DNA of 63,853 nt, the filler included, from Vannella sp. (Eukaryota), in assembly GCA_023345925.1 (NCBI GenBank). It is 6 parts of 6 records of this genome, joined end to end, with 100 filler letters (N's around TTAATTAATTAA, not from the genome) between each part and the next. Parts side by side here need not be neighbours in the genome. Positions count along the whole stretch, not along the records: positions 5,799 to 18,049 come from JAJQQN010000410.1; positions 18,150 to 31,465 come from JAJQQN010001344.1; 4 more parts are not named here. The stretch is one strand, 5' to 3'. The notes under the pieces are model-generated. The model saw nothing but the letters and a program-made list of their open reading frames with translations, was not told the DNA's origin and ran no database searches. The position numbers and the translations under genes are program-made. How positions within the stretch are numbered: position 1 is the stretch's first letter; the number at the start of each line of letters is the position of its first letter. This document shows, one piece after another, positions 11,652 through 22,246 of this stretch.

Positions 11652-13685
11652 TTACGAGAGGGAGAGGAATTCCCGACAGAAACTTTCCATTTGCATAATG
11701 TCAGATGCTTTCCCAACCAATCGGTTGCCTATTTTCAAGCAGTTGGTGTCAGCTGCATCTTCTAGTATAAGCTCCAACTGATCTTTGCTCATGGGAGGAA
11801 GTTCAAACTGGCAGAGATTCTCGATTAGGCTTCGAAGCGAGTTACAGGCTTCGGAGGCAAGCAGTCCAGTAACCAAGATATCTGTGCTTGATAAAACCAC
11901 TGCCACATCGTACTCTTGTTGGACTCTTTCAAGCTCTTTCTGATCCTTCTCCAACCACTTCTTTTGAAACGACTGAATCCCAAAAGTGCTTGAAGACTGA
12001 GTGCCTCTTGAACTTCCTTTCTGCATTTGCAGGGTTTTCTTTGGGGACTGCAATGCTAAAGACTTGACTCCTTTGGACCATTTACGGATTGTCTGGTGTG
12101 CCTGAAGAGCATGTGATTGGCTGTTGGAACTGATGGATAGGCAACCAGTGCCAGAATCAAGCTGAATTTCTACTAGTTGGGGATTCACTTTAAAGAATAG
12201 CGCCAACTGGCTATTACTCTTCCCTGGTGGAAGTGCTAAGCACTGTTCTTGAGAGAGTAATTGCTCTCTGACGTGAGAGAAAGTGGGGCGGCGTTTAGCC
12301 GGTGGCTCCTTCAACGGAAGTCTCTGAGATTGGAAGGTGTCCAAAATATCATTGATTCTCTTCCTAATTTTCAACCTGTTTGCAAGATTGGGACTGTGAA
12401 TGTAAACGCTTGATTCTTGGCTACTCCATTCCAATACCACTTCTTTTCCCACCTGAAAGAACTTTGCAAGAGAATCAGAACTTCGGTCATCAGGAAGCAG
12501 AAGGTGGTTGTTCGCGCTGATTGGCACTATTGTTAGCTCCACTTCTTCATCCAGTGATAATGCACCGAAAGAACTCATGATTTCATCTGGGCGATATTGA
12601 CCAGTCGATGCCACTTCAGTTCTTCGATGGTTCAGAGGCTGAGATATTGGTTCCTCAATGGATTCCTCCTCGATTGGCAAATCATTCATGATATCCTGAG
12701 CCATAGGCATATCATTCATAAGTCCAAGAAGCCATAGACCATGAGGTTCAGTTAGCACTATTATCTCACATGGACTTCCCTCGTCTTCCAGGGCTAAACG
12801 GCAGCGCCTTTCGTACTGGGAACGATCGCCTGCGCACTCCAATTTCTGACACTCAAGGTACGCCATAATCTGGCAAACATCCTTCAGCTGCAATTGAGCT
12901 TCTTTCTCCTGACCTCTAAAGGAGAGGCGAAGTTCATGAATGTTATAATCGGTCTGATGAAGGAGAACTGGGTATCTTCTCTTCAAGAACTCAAGCTGTA
13001 GCGGGTCAATTCTCGCATCTGTCGAACTGATACGAAAGGCACTGTCATTTCTACAAGCAGAATAGCCTTTGGGGGAGAACTTTGTGTTTCTGACAGATGA
13101 CTTGATACTTGCTAACTTGTTCTCCTGAGGCGGAGTACATGATTTGACAATAGAATGGAACACTGACTCGCACTCTTTGCGATGGGTAGTAAAGAATATC
13201 AAGCGGAAGTGTCCGTCTGCCTCTTGCTCGAAGGAAATGGACATTTTGTCAGCGGCATGATGCGTTGCTGTCCACTGCTGAACCATTTGAATGGGTGGTT
13301 TACCAGGGAATACAAAATCACGGTGATAGAACACCTGTGGTGAGCGTATTGCGGCTGCAAGAAAGTCCAAAAGGGACTGGGCATGATCTCCCCCCTCATT
13401 AAGGGTGAGGAGAGTGACCTGGCTGTTTGACCTCAGAAGGGGAGTGGCCTTTCTCCATGAACGATCAAGACCGCTCATTAGGAAGGAAAGAATCTTCCCG
13501 TCAACTACCAAAGGCAGAAGAGTTTGACATCCCCCGACCGCGCGCTCCACATGGACCAGAGGGCAGCCCTTCGTTGTACAAAACGTTCCCTTTAACTCCA
13601 AGGGACACAATAGACGACGAAACGAGTGGTGCAAGTGGCAGAAGAAGTCTTCACAGTGGTCTTTAGGGCATGACCTCCTTTCCAT
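11652..13685 (-). CDS. Intronless 677-aa hypothetical protein with two N-terminal CCCH-like zinc-finger motifs
   Basis: Long ATG-initiated ORF with CPKDHCEDFFCHLHH and CPLELKGTFCTTKGCPLVH. The remainder is unassigned (possibly degenerate KH-like repeats). Confidence 0.6.
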   Translation of the reverse strand: MERRSCPKDHCEDFFCHLHHSFRRLLCPLELKGTFCTTKGCPLVHVERAVGGCQTLLPLVVDGKILSFLMSGLDRSWRKATPLLRSNSQVTLLTLNEGGDHAQSLLDFLAAAIRSPQVFYHRDFVFPGKPPIQMVQQWTATHHAADKMSISFEQEADGHFRLIFFTTHRKECESVFHSIVKSCTPPQENKLASIKSSVRNTKFSPKGYSACRNDSAFRISSTDARIDPLQLEFLKRRYPVLLHQTDYNIHELRLSFRGQEKEAQLQLKDVCQIMAYLECQKLECAGDRSQYERRCRLALEDEGSPCEIIVLTEPHGLWLLGLMNDMPMAQDIMNDLPIEEESIEEPISQPLNHRRTEVASTGQYRPDEIMSSFGALSLDEEVELTIVPISANNHLLLPDDRSSDSLAKFFQVGKEVVLEWSSQESSVYIHSPNLANRLKIRKRINDILDTFQSQRLPLKEPPAKRRPTFSHVREQLLSQEQCLALPPGKSNSQLALFFKVNPQLVEIQLDSGTGCLSISSNSQSHALQAHQTIRKWSKGVKSLALQSPKKTLQMQKGSSRGTQSSSTFGIQSFQKKWLEKDQKELERVQQEYDVAVVLSSTDILVTGLLASEACNSLRSLIENLCQFELPPMSKDQLELILEDAADTNCLKIGNRLVGKASDIMQMESFCREFLSLS

Positions 13686-13871
13686 CGCCCTCCGAAATGA
13701 AAGTCCCTCTAATTGACCCAGAACCTCGCTGATGTGATTTTTATATGATTTTAGCTTTTTCTCTTTTTGACGACTGTTTGAGTGGAAAGACTCCGAATGA
13801 GCATTCCTTGGGGATGGGAAGCATTTGCCTGCTTTGTGTGTTGATGAGCATACTTATTGGGAAGTGCTGGA

Positions 13872-14771
13872 ATGGCTGCGAGGGGAAGGAACGTGGTGAT
13901 CACGGGCGGGACGAAGGGATTAGGATTAGCCCTTGCACGAGAGTTTCTTGTGGCTGGACACAATGTGAGTGAATGTATAGGTGTGGTGCTGCTCTACTGA
14001 AGCTTGGGGAAGGTCGTTGTCTGCAGTAGGAGCGAGGGGAACGTTGCAAAGGCTTTGGAGGTGTTGTCTGTCTACTCTGGCTTCGTAGCGGGGACAGTCT
14101 GCGATGTAGGGCAGTTCAAGGACGTTGAATATCTTGCAAGCTTCGCTCAAGACCAGTTTGGAGGGAGTACACCCCGCAGAGCCATCGATATCTGGATCAA
14201 CAATGCCGGGCAGTCCCAAGATAGTCTCCAAGCCCTCGCTGACGTTGACGCAGCGGTCATCCAGAGTATCATCCAGACTAATCTCATGGGAACCTTGTTT
14301 GGAACGAAGGTAGCAACCCAGGTGATGGAAGAGCAGTCTGAAGGAGGCCACATCTTCCTCATGGAAGGCGCTGGCTCCAATGGGATGGTAACAGCCCAGT
14401 TTGCTACGTATGGAGTCAGCAAAGCCGGGTTCCCACAGCTCCTTAAGAGCTTAGTAAAGGAGAACCGGAGCTCGAAAGTGGGAATCCACGCTCTCTCCCC
14501 AGGAATGGTGATCACTGACTTGCTCATGAAGAGCCCTCCCAACTCTATCGAAGAGGCTGCCAAAAGGCCGTATCGTATCTTCAACATCCTGGCGGAGAAG
14601 CCTTCTACAGTTGCCTCTTGGCTGGTCCCTCGCATTGAAGGAGCAACTCGGCCCGGTTCTACTGGAACTGCTCACCGGTATCTTACTCCACTGGGTGTGG
14701 TTTGGCGCTTTTTGACCTTCTTCACTCGCCGAAACCGTCTAATTGATGAAAAGACGGGTCGAATCCTCTAG
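13872..14771 (+). CDS. Short-chain dehydrogenase/reductase, NOL/NYC1 chlorophyll(ide) b reductase-like subfamily
   Basis: Exon 1 MAARGRNVVITGGTKGLG, intron 13965-14012, then IDIWINNAG, GGHIFLMEGAGSNG, YGVSK (YxxxK), LSPGMVITDLL, FNILAEKP..VA.WLVPRI. Confidence 0.85.
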
Positions 14772-15015
14772 AACTTCCCTAATGAAGCTTCTAATCACCT
14801 CAAGAGGCAACCCATTAGCTCTCATTTCAACTTGTGAGTGCTAAACAAGGTCGTAGAATAGGTCCAGAGGGTTAAAGTGAGGTATTTGATGCCAAGTCAC
14901 TCTCTCTCGCCAAGTCACTCTTTCTGTACCTGGAGAGTTCGTACTCGGTGCTGGATATCAAGAGACGTATCGTGGGTGGAGAGGTCATTAAATGAATCCG
15001 TTTTGGCTCATTTGA

Positions 15016-16713
15016 ATGGAGCTTGGCCGACCTCTCAGTGCGAAAGGAGGTCGCCAGCCATCCTGTTGGAGGTAAGCCCGCTGGGCTTTGGTGGAGGAGA
15101 AGGTGGCTTTGATTGACGGTCTGTGAGGAGAGCGGGACTCGTGGGAATGCTCCTGTTTGGAGTGGCCGTTGGGCTTCAGCTGCTCCAAAACGCCTTCTTC
15201 GTTGAGCTCCCTTACTTTGCCTTTCATACAACAGAAGGTAGATCCTTTCGTGGGTTGTGTAAGAGACGCCAACTCACTGAGCTCAGTGAGAGCGGACTCG
15301 ATCAATGGGTGGATGACGTTCTCCCTCTCCGCCTCTTGTTTGGCCCCTCTTCTCTACACATACTTTGAATCTCAGTTAGGACTGACGTAAGAAAAGACCA
15401 AGTAGGCTCCTTCTGCTCACTCCTGAACAGTCCTAAATTGTCGCTCATCATCATCTTGGTCGCTCTTGTCTACACAAGTGCGCTGAATGCTTTGTATTGG
15501 GCTTATCACGAAGGCAGGGAGCTTCTTGTACTGATGGTAACGTCCACTGTGTCAGCAACGCTTGGAAATGCCTCCATCATCCCTCTCCTCCACTATGCCG
15601 ATTCCCTTCAGCCTTTAGTGCCTCTCAGTAAGACTTTTGTTGCAGCAGGCTTTGGTAAGAGTTTCTGGATCTATTCATCATGACACACGCTGACCAACAA
15701 CAGCGGCAAGCGCGATTGGAGCGATCTTCCTCGGGGTCGCACAGAATGTCGCTCACCCAACCGACATTCTTTTCACTTCTGGCTGGTTCTTTGGGATAGT
15801 TGCACTGACGACTTTGCTTCTTTCGGTATGAACCCTTAAAGCGAGTTAAGGAGTGCGCTTAACGTGGGGACAAAGTCATTCTTTGCAATCATAGAGTTTG
15901 TCCGCATTCAAGAGGTGACGAAGAGCTATCAACCAAGTCAAATAGCAATTGATAGTATTCAAGATTACGAAGAGGACTATTTCCGGGTGTATCAGACGGA
16001 GATGCGTTCGAGAGATGATCTTTTGCGCCCTGAAGGCATGGACGAGTTGTTTACCGCCCCACTCTTCTCCCGCAATCAAAGTGACACAGCCTCAACTCAA
16101 TCAGAATCTCGTTTCCAATTCCAACCTTTAGGGAAGCAACTTCTTCTGGCTCTCCGATACCTTGTCCCTCTCCTTCTGACCAGTGCCATGACCATGTTCC
16201 TTCCCGGTGCTTTCCCGTTCCAGTCAACAGGAAGCGACGAATTGTTCTTTCTCAATTGTTCTTTTCTGGTTTCCCCTCTGATTGGAGTTCTTTTGGCTCG
16301 CTATGTTAGAGTGTATCTCGTTGGTCCTCTTCTTTTCTTGCAAGTGAGTGATCTCTTGCGTGGCTAGTTTGTGATGATTTATGCTTTTCAGATTATCCTG
16401 TTTGGGTGGATGGAAATGTCCGCTTTCTCTGCAACCCGGAATCTAGTTCCGGCACCGTTTGGCTTGCTGATTGCTCGTGAGTCATTCCTATTTATTGAAC
16501 CTATATTAATGTCATTCAGAGGTGACCGTATTATGTGCACTGCAGGGATACCTGCGAAGTGTGTCAGTGTACTCTTTACTTCGTTACCTTCTTCCTGGAG
16601 GAAAGCATTCTCCAACAACTGTGGCTCAATGGGCCTCTACTCTTAGTCCCTTAGGAGGAGTGCTGGGATCTACGCTCTCTCTTGGATGCATCTATTTGGG
16701 ATTCTTTGAATGA
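15016..16713 (+). CDS. Multi-pass transporter, probably riboflavin transporter (SLC52)-like, multi-exon
   Basis: Many hydrophobic helices. LLFGVAVGLQLLQNAFFVELPYF resembles the SLC52 N-terminal LFGxGSWxxxNGxWVELP motif. Later segments (LGNASIIPLLHYA, FLGVAQNV) also parallel SLC52. Confidence 0.5.
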
Positions 16714-16865
16714 ATCAATGTACAATTATTAGTTACTAGTTCACTCAGAGACCAATAGAAGTCTCTCTTTCTCACAATTTAACCAATCCAGATTCATTTG
16801 ATTATTGCTATCACACAGTGTTCTCACAAAACCGCCACTTTAATCTTCGGAACTCCGTCCACTAC

Positions 16866-17909
16866 TTATTGATTGTTCCCATCTGCTCTGGTCTGTACTG
16901 TTCTCGCACTCTTTTGTCTGCTACGGACTAAATGATTAAGAAGTGGAGAAGCTTGGATGGATGAAGGAAAGGGGGTAAGTTGAGGGTTTTTGTGATCGAG
17001 TCCAAGTTGCCCGTAGTTGTTTTCCCCGAACACGAGCAGACTTCCATCTCTAGATAACAAGATGGAGTGACTTCCTCCAGCAACCAAAGCGCTGGTTTCA
17101 TCTGAAAGATCCAAAGGTGTCGGTTGAGATTGATCAGAAGTGTTGCCCAGACCCAATCGGCCGTCGTGACCAGAGCCCCACGCCCAAACACTTCCTTTCT
17201 CGTCCAATGCAAGAGCATGGTAATAACCGCACGAATGAGCGACCATTGGGGGAATCTCTTCGATAGGGTGAAACTGAAATCCAGAGACTCTAGTCAGTCC
17301 TAAAAAATTGCCTGAGCTCCACAACACTCCCTTTGAGTCGAGGATAACAATGCTATTGGAAGAGGCTTCTAAAGATCGAAAAGGCCCATCAGATACTCCA
17401 TTGACTTTCACTTGAGTCGGACCAAGCGATTTGGCTCCCAACACCCAGAGTCCTTCTTCTTGGGACTCCGCAACAAGGAACTTGTGACCGCAACTCACTT
17501 TTAGAAGTGGAGGGAATCCTTCCAACCTCTGCGGGGAAGAACAGGCCCACGGAAAAGAAGAATCTTTCGTCCACATCCAAACTCCACCATTTGTGTCCAA
17601 AGCTGCACAAAGGGAGTAGCCGGCAGTCACTGCGGTTATCGGAGGGAGCTCTTGTACTCGTTGAAACAAAGAGGTACCGGCAGCTGTTCGCGATTTCCCA
17701 GTTTCCCACACGGAGCCCTCTTCATCGAGCACGAGGGAGAAGTCGTATCCCCAGGCCGCCTGAACGGGGCGTGCGCCATTCCAAGGAACCTTCTGAGGGC
17801 CAGGCAGGGTGTCGCTGTGACCAAGACCAAGTTGAGCAGAAGAGTTACGGCCAAAAGCCAAAAGGCCGCCATCAACAGAGAGCAAGAGCGTGTGAAAGCC
17901 GTGAGGCAT
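16866..17909 (-). CDS. RCC1-repeat beta-propeller protein, intronless
   Basis: Repeats FGRNSSAQLGLG, CGYYHALALDEKGSVWAWGSGHDGRLGLG, AGGSHS..FGENNYGQLGL. Confidence 0.9.
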   Translation of the reverse strand: MPHGFHTLLLSVDGGLLAFGRNSSAQLGLGHSDTLPGPQKVPWNGARPVQAAWGYDFSLVLDEEGSVWETGKSRTAAGTSLFQRVQELPPITAVTAGYSLCAALDTNGGVWMWTKDSSFPWACSSPQRLEGFPPLLKVSCGHKFLVAESQEEGLWVLGAKSLGPTQVKVNGVSDGPFRSLEASSNSIVILDSKGVLWSSGNFLGLTRVSGFQFHPIEEIPPMVAHSCGYYHALALDEKGSVWAWGSGHDGRLGLGNTSDQSQPTPLDLSDETSALVAGGSHSILLSRDGSLLVFGENNYGQLGLDHKNPQLTPFPSSIQASPLLNHLVRSRQKSARTVQTRADGNNQ

Positions 17910-18049
17910 TCAGAAAATGAGCCCTTCCCAGAAGAGCCGAAATATTGTGCCGTTTTGTCGGAACGGCACAATTTCTCTCACTCGGAACAACTATTTTCAC
18001 GAGCCAAAAGGGATCTAAAACGCGATCCACATGAGGTTCTGGCGCGCCT

Positions 18050-18149
18050 NNNNNNNNNNNNNNNNNNNNNNNNNNNNNNNNNNNNNNNNNNNNTTAATTA
18101 ATTAANNNNNNNNNNNNNNNNNNNNNNNNNNNNNNNNNNNNNNNNNNNN
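18050..18149. other. Artificial contig-join spacer
   Basis: N44-TTAATTAATTAA-N44. Confidence 0.99.
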
Positions 18150-20820
18150 GCAAGTGGGAGACTTTACATGTGGGGTATGGGAGAGTCTGGTTGCCTTGGT
18201 AGAGGCGATCATGCCACTTTGGTTAGTCTTTCACACATTCCCGTCCAGAATTGGGGTTGACATCTTACTAGCCCCTTCCTCGGATGCTCATCATGCCTGG
18301 GAACCTTCGAGTCTCTTCTGTAGAGTGTGGGGACTCACACACATGTTTCCTTTCCATCGAAAACCAAGTGTACACGACTGGGGCCAACACCTTCGGCCAA
18401 CTGGGGCACGGAAATATGACTCCCTCCACCATTCCCAAGCTTGTTGAGGCGCTTCATGATATCACAGTATCTCGCGTCTTCTGTGGTCCAACTCAGACTG
18501 CTGTGACATGCACCAACGGGATGTTGTACACTTGGGGAGACTCAAAAAGCGCCCAGCTGGGCCATGGCTTCTTTGTTCCGTAAGCTAGACCACCCTGCAC
18601 AGTAAGATGTGGAAACTTATCGTTGATAATGCAGCCAGAGCTCTCCTAAGCTGGTGGAAGCGTTAAGAGACATTCCCATAAGTCAAATGTCTTTTGGAGG
18701 CTCCTTTGCTGTCGCTCTTTCACACGCACAAGAAGTCTTTCTATGGGGGAAGACACCTGAACCACTTGACATTGGATGCACAGTTCTCCCCAACCGAGTG
18801 GAGGCTCTACAGCAAACGAAAGTGGCTCAAGCCGAGTGTGGCCGTTATCACATTGCTGTGCTAACAGCGGTTGGTCAAGTTCTCACGTGGGGATGCGGTG
18901 TTCATGGGCAATTGGGCCTTGGAGACAAGAGTGACAGGAATGTCCCTTGGGTGGTACCGAGCTTAGCGAACCGCAGAGTCACTCAAATCTGCTGCGGATC
19001 GTATCACACAATGGCTTTGGGGAGCTGTGGGACTCTTTTTTCGTGGGGAGATAACCAAAAGTTTACCTTGGGACACTCTACGGACCGAAAAGACGCTCCC
19101 ATTCCGGGCCAAGTCATCTTTTCGGAGACCCGCCCGATATTACAACTATCCAGTGGTGTTCTTTCATGTGCAGTGCTTTTGGGGATGAGAGAATCTGCTG
19201 CAGGATGTAATGACTCTCCTTCTATGGTGAGAATGCCTCGGATTGTGTCCATCAATATGGCCGAGAACGTTTCCCTCAATGTTGCCGTCCTCACTTGGAA
19301 TGTCAACGCCCAAACGGAACTGAATCTCGACGATTGGATCTTCGGGGCCTGTGACATCGTGCCTGATATCATCGCAGTGGGATTCCAGGAGTTAATTCAA
19401 CTTTCGAGTCACTCGTTAGCTCAAGACGAGGCTCTGGCACAAATTGCCAAAACCAAGCTGACTCGCGACACTGTTTGCAAGTTTTGGGCTAATAAGCTCC
19501 AAGTGGCTCTTCTGAAGCACTCTGAGAAGTTCTATCTGATCAAAGATATCCGCTTAGCGGGTGTTTACCTCGCAGTGTTTGTGCAATCGCATTTAAGGAA
19601 CTTTGTGACGGAAGTCCGCTCGAATTCGACGAAGGTGGGCATGCTTGGTAAGATTGTAGGTCTCCCGAAAGGCTTCTCGAACACCAGACTGATGAATAGT
19701 GGGAAAGGGAAATAAGGGAGGAGTGGCTGTCCGCTTCAATGTGCATCAATTCAATTCCTTCTGCTTTGTGAACTCCCATCTTGCTGCTGGACAATCCAAG
19801 AGTGAAAGGCGGAATGAGGATTATCACAATATCGCCTCTTCTCTCCACTTTTCGGTCGAAAGGCAATCCATCTCGTTGTTCGACCACCAGTAAGTCAAAG
19901 CTCGCTCTTGCCAGAGTCTTGCTGACAGTACTGAAGGAAGATCTTTTGGCTGGGAGACTTAAACTACAGAATTGACGCTGACCGCCAAACCATCATTGAC
20001 AGGGCCAATCACCAGGATTGGCGAGGAATCTATCCTCTCGACCAACTTCTCGCAGAACGTCAAGCGGGGAGGGTGTTTGAAGGGTTCGAAGAAGCTCCTA
20101 TCTACTTTAGCCCAACATACAAGTACGATGTCGGCACTCAAATGTTCGATACTTCCGAAAAGTGTCGGAGTCCGGCCTGGTGTGACCGCATTCTGTATCG
20201 TGGAGACGACATCTTCCCTCTTTTATACAACGCACACATGGAAACAGTGGATTCAGATCATAAGCCAGTATCTGGATGGTTCTCCGTTGTCGTCAAACAG
20301 CAAGACATGCAAAAACGACTTGACCAAGTAGGTTCAATTCCATTCCCTTTGCCCTCCCACCCTCTTACTGGATCAGTTAACGGCCGCTTCAAAGAGAATT
20401 CAAGCCGAACAGACCAACGAATCCAAAAGGGAAGAGGGATGCACCTATAGCACTTCAAAAACCTATCGGCAACTTAGTGCCGATGCATCTTCTGGAGCTG
20501 TCCCTCAAACCAGCTATCTCCCTTATGCAGAGAGCCTAGAAGGCACCCTCCAAGGTGGGAACAAAGCATCCTCCAACAATCTTCTGGGAAGTGCCTTTGC
20601 CAAAGTCCAAGAAGCCGGTGCAGGGAAGCGCGAACTTGCTTCTGGAAAGATCAATGACGGGATAGCTTTCCTCCAAAAGAGGAAGCAGAGGTTCCCCGAC
20701 CTGCTATCAAGAAGGTCGAAAGACTCCTTCCCAGTGCAGGAGAAAGAAAGAGTCCTTGAGCCTTCTCATCACTATTCTCGGTCAGACTATCCCGACAGTC
20801 CCTTGCTTGATACGCCCTAA
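18150..20820 (+). CDS. RCC1-repeat + inositol polyphosphate 5-phosphatase fusion (Dd5P2-like), 5'-truncated, multi-exon
   Basis: RCC1 blades (CGDSHT..GANTFGQLGHG; CGRYHI..WGCGVHGQLGLG) in frame with TWNVN, GFQE, GNKGGV, NSHLAAG, FWLGDLNYRI, PTYKYD, PAWCDRIL, SDHKPV. Last exon is open to TAA at 20818-20820. Confidence 0.93.
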
Positions 20821-20836
20821 ATACATGCAAGTCACT

Positions 20837-22173
20837 TTACTCACTTTCCGGTTCTCCCACGCACTTTCTCTTGGCCTCTGGCAGATCACTCTCCCGTTCT
20901 CTGTCTGCTTCGATGTCTCGAAGGCGCTTTGATACGCGCTTGTTCACCCAACTGCCGTTGTTCTTGAAATGGTCGCATCGCCTGAGGTCCTCCATTGGCT
21001 GAGGAGGAGCTTCCAAGAAGCCTTTAAAGAGGGCTTCCTGCTTGTCGTTGCTGAGAGAGATTAGAGTGGGCGTGTTGCTCCATCAGCAAGCTCTTACTTG
21101 GACAGCTTCAGATACCAGTCAGCGCGAATCGTCTTCTTCTCCGCCTCCGTTAGATTGCCCCTTGCTTTGGGACATAGATAGAAGATGCGTTGTAGAACAA
21201 GAGCTGACGCTACACTCAAGTTCAGCGACTCGCTAAAGCCATGAATGGGAAGAAAGATGCGCTTCTCCGCCGCCTCCAACATTTCTGTGCTCACACCGTC
21301 CGTTTCGTTCCCCACCACCACAGCGATCTTATCAGGAACCTCAAACCCTTCCTCTTCAAGGGAAACAGAGTCTTGCGATAGATCAGTCGCCCAGATGGCC
21401 CTACCATCTGCCTTGAGCCCTTCAATGCACTCGGCAGTCGTGCTGTAAGCTTTGATCGTGAGCCAGTTGTCATTCCCTTTCGTCAGTTTCTTCGCAATCT
21501 TCTGTCTCTTTGAGTCGATCGGATGGACCACGTAGATGTACTGGATCCCCAAACAATCGGCTGTTCGCAAGACAGCTTGCTGATTGAGGCTGAGGAGGAG
21601 TCAGTGTGACTTCCTATAGATACGAAAGCACTTGCCTATTGAAGCAACGTTCGAGAACGAGCGCTATTTGGTTTGTCCTCCTACTGAGGACGGTTTCTGC
21701 CACTCGAAGACGCCTGGGACCATCGGGATGGCGATCTTCCTCCTCCTTGAGCTCTTCTGAATCAACCAGGGGCGTTTGATTGATTACTTCAATCGTATGT
21801 GAGGCTGTAAGCCTTCAGAAGAGAGAGAAAGCCCACCTTTGGTACAACGGGTGATGATCGATTCAGTCCAAGTCTGCAACGTGATCCGCTGCTTCTTCGT
21901 AAAGTAGCCTCTCTCAGCTGCCAAGTTGGCTGTCTCTAAGAGGCGAAGATACAGCTCGGCTGTGGCACTATCAATCATGTTCTCCCTCGTTCGGAGGATG
22001 GCGCTGTGCACGCAATCGAAGATCCGCGGGCTCATATAGTCCGCCTCCACGCCCCTCGTCCCAATCACCTCCATCAGCTTCTCTGCATCAGGAGCAAAGG
22101 GGCAAGAAGGATCCTTGATGCGGTTGCGGATCTTCCGGATGACCGTCTTCAACTCCCCACCGCCCTCCGCCAT
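20837..22173 (-). CDS. SpoU/TrmH-family (SPOUT) RNA 2'-O-methyltransferase with N-terminal helical extension
   Basis: Motif 1 LVLERCFNSLNQQAVLRTA (after removing a GC-AG intron), motif 2 VVGNETDGVS, motif 3 LPIHGFSESLNLSVA. The upstream ORF 21784-22185 splices in frame. Confidence 0.88.
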
Positions 22174-22246
22174 CAAATAATGCAAACAATTCTTAATTCA
22201 ACGCAATTTATAAGATGGGCGAGTTAGAGACCACTTTTTCGAGTCC

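Noticed and set aside
16866..19200. Two neighbouring RCC1-repeat genes as a divergent pair or cluster
   Set aside because: They lie on different contigs separated by the artificial spacer at 18050-18149, so adjacency is meaningless.
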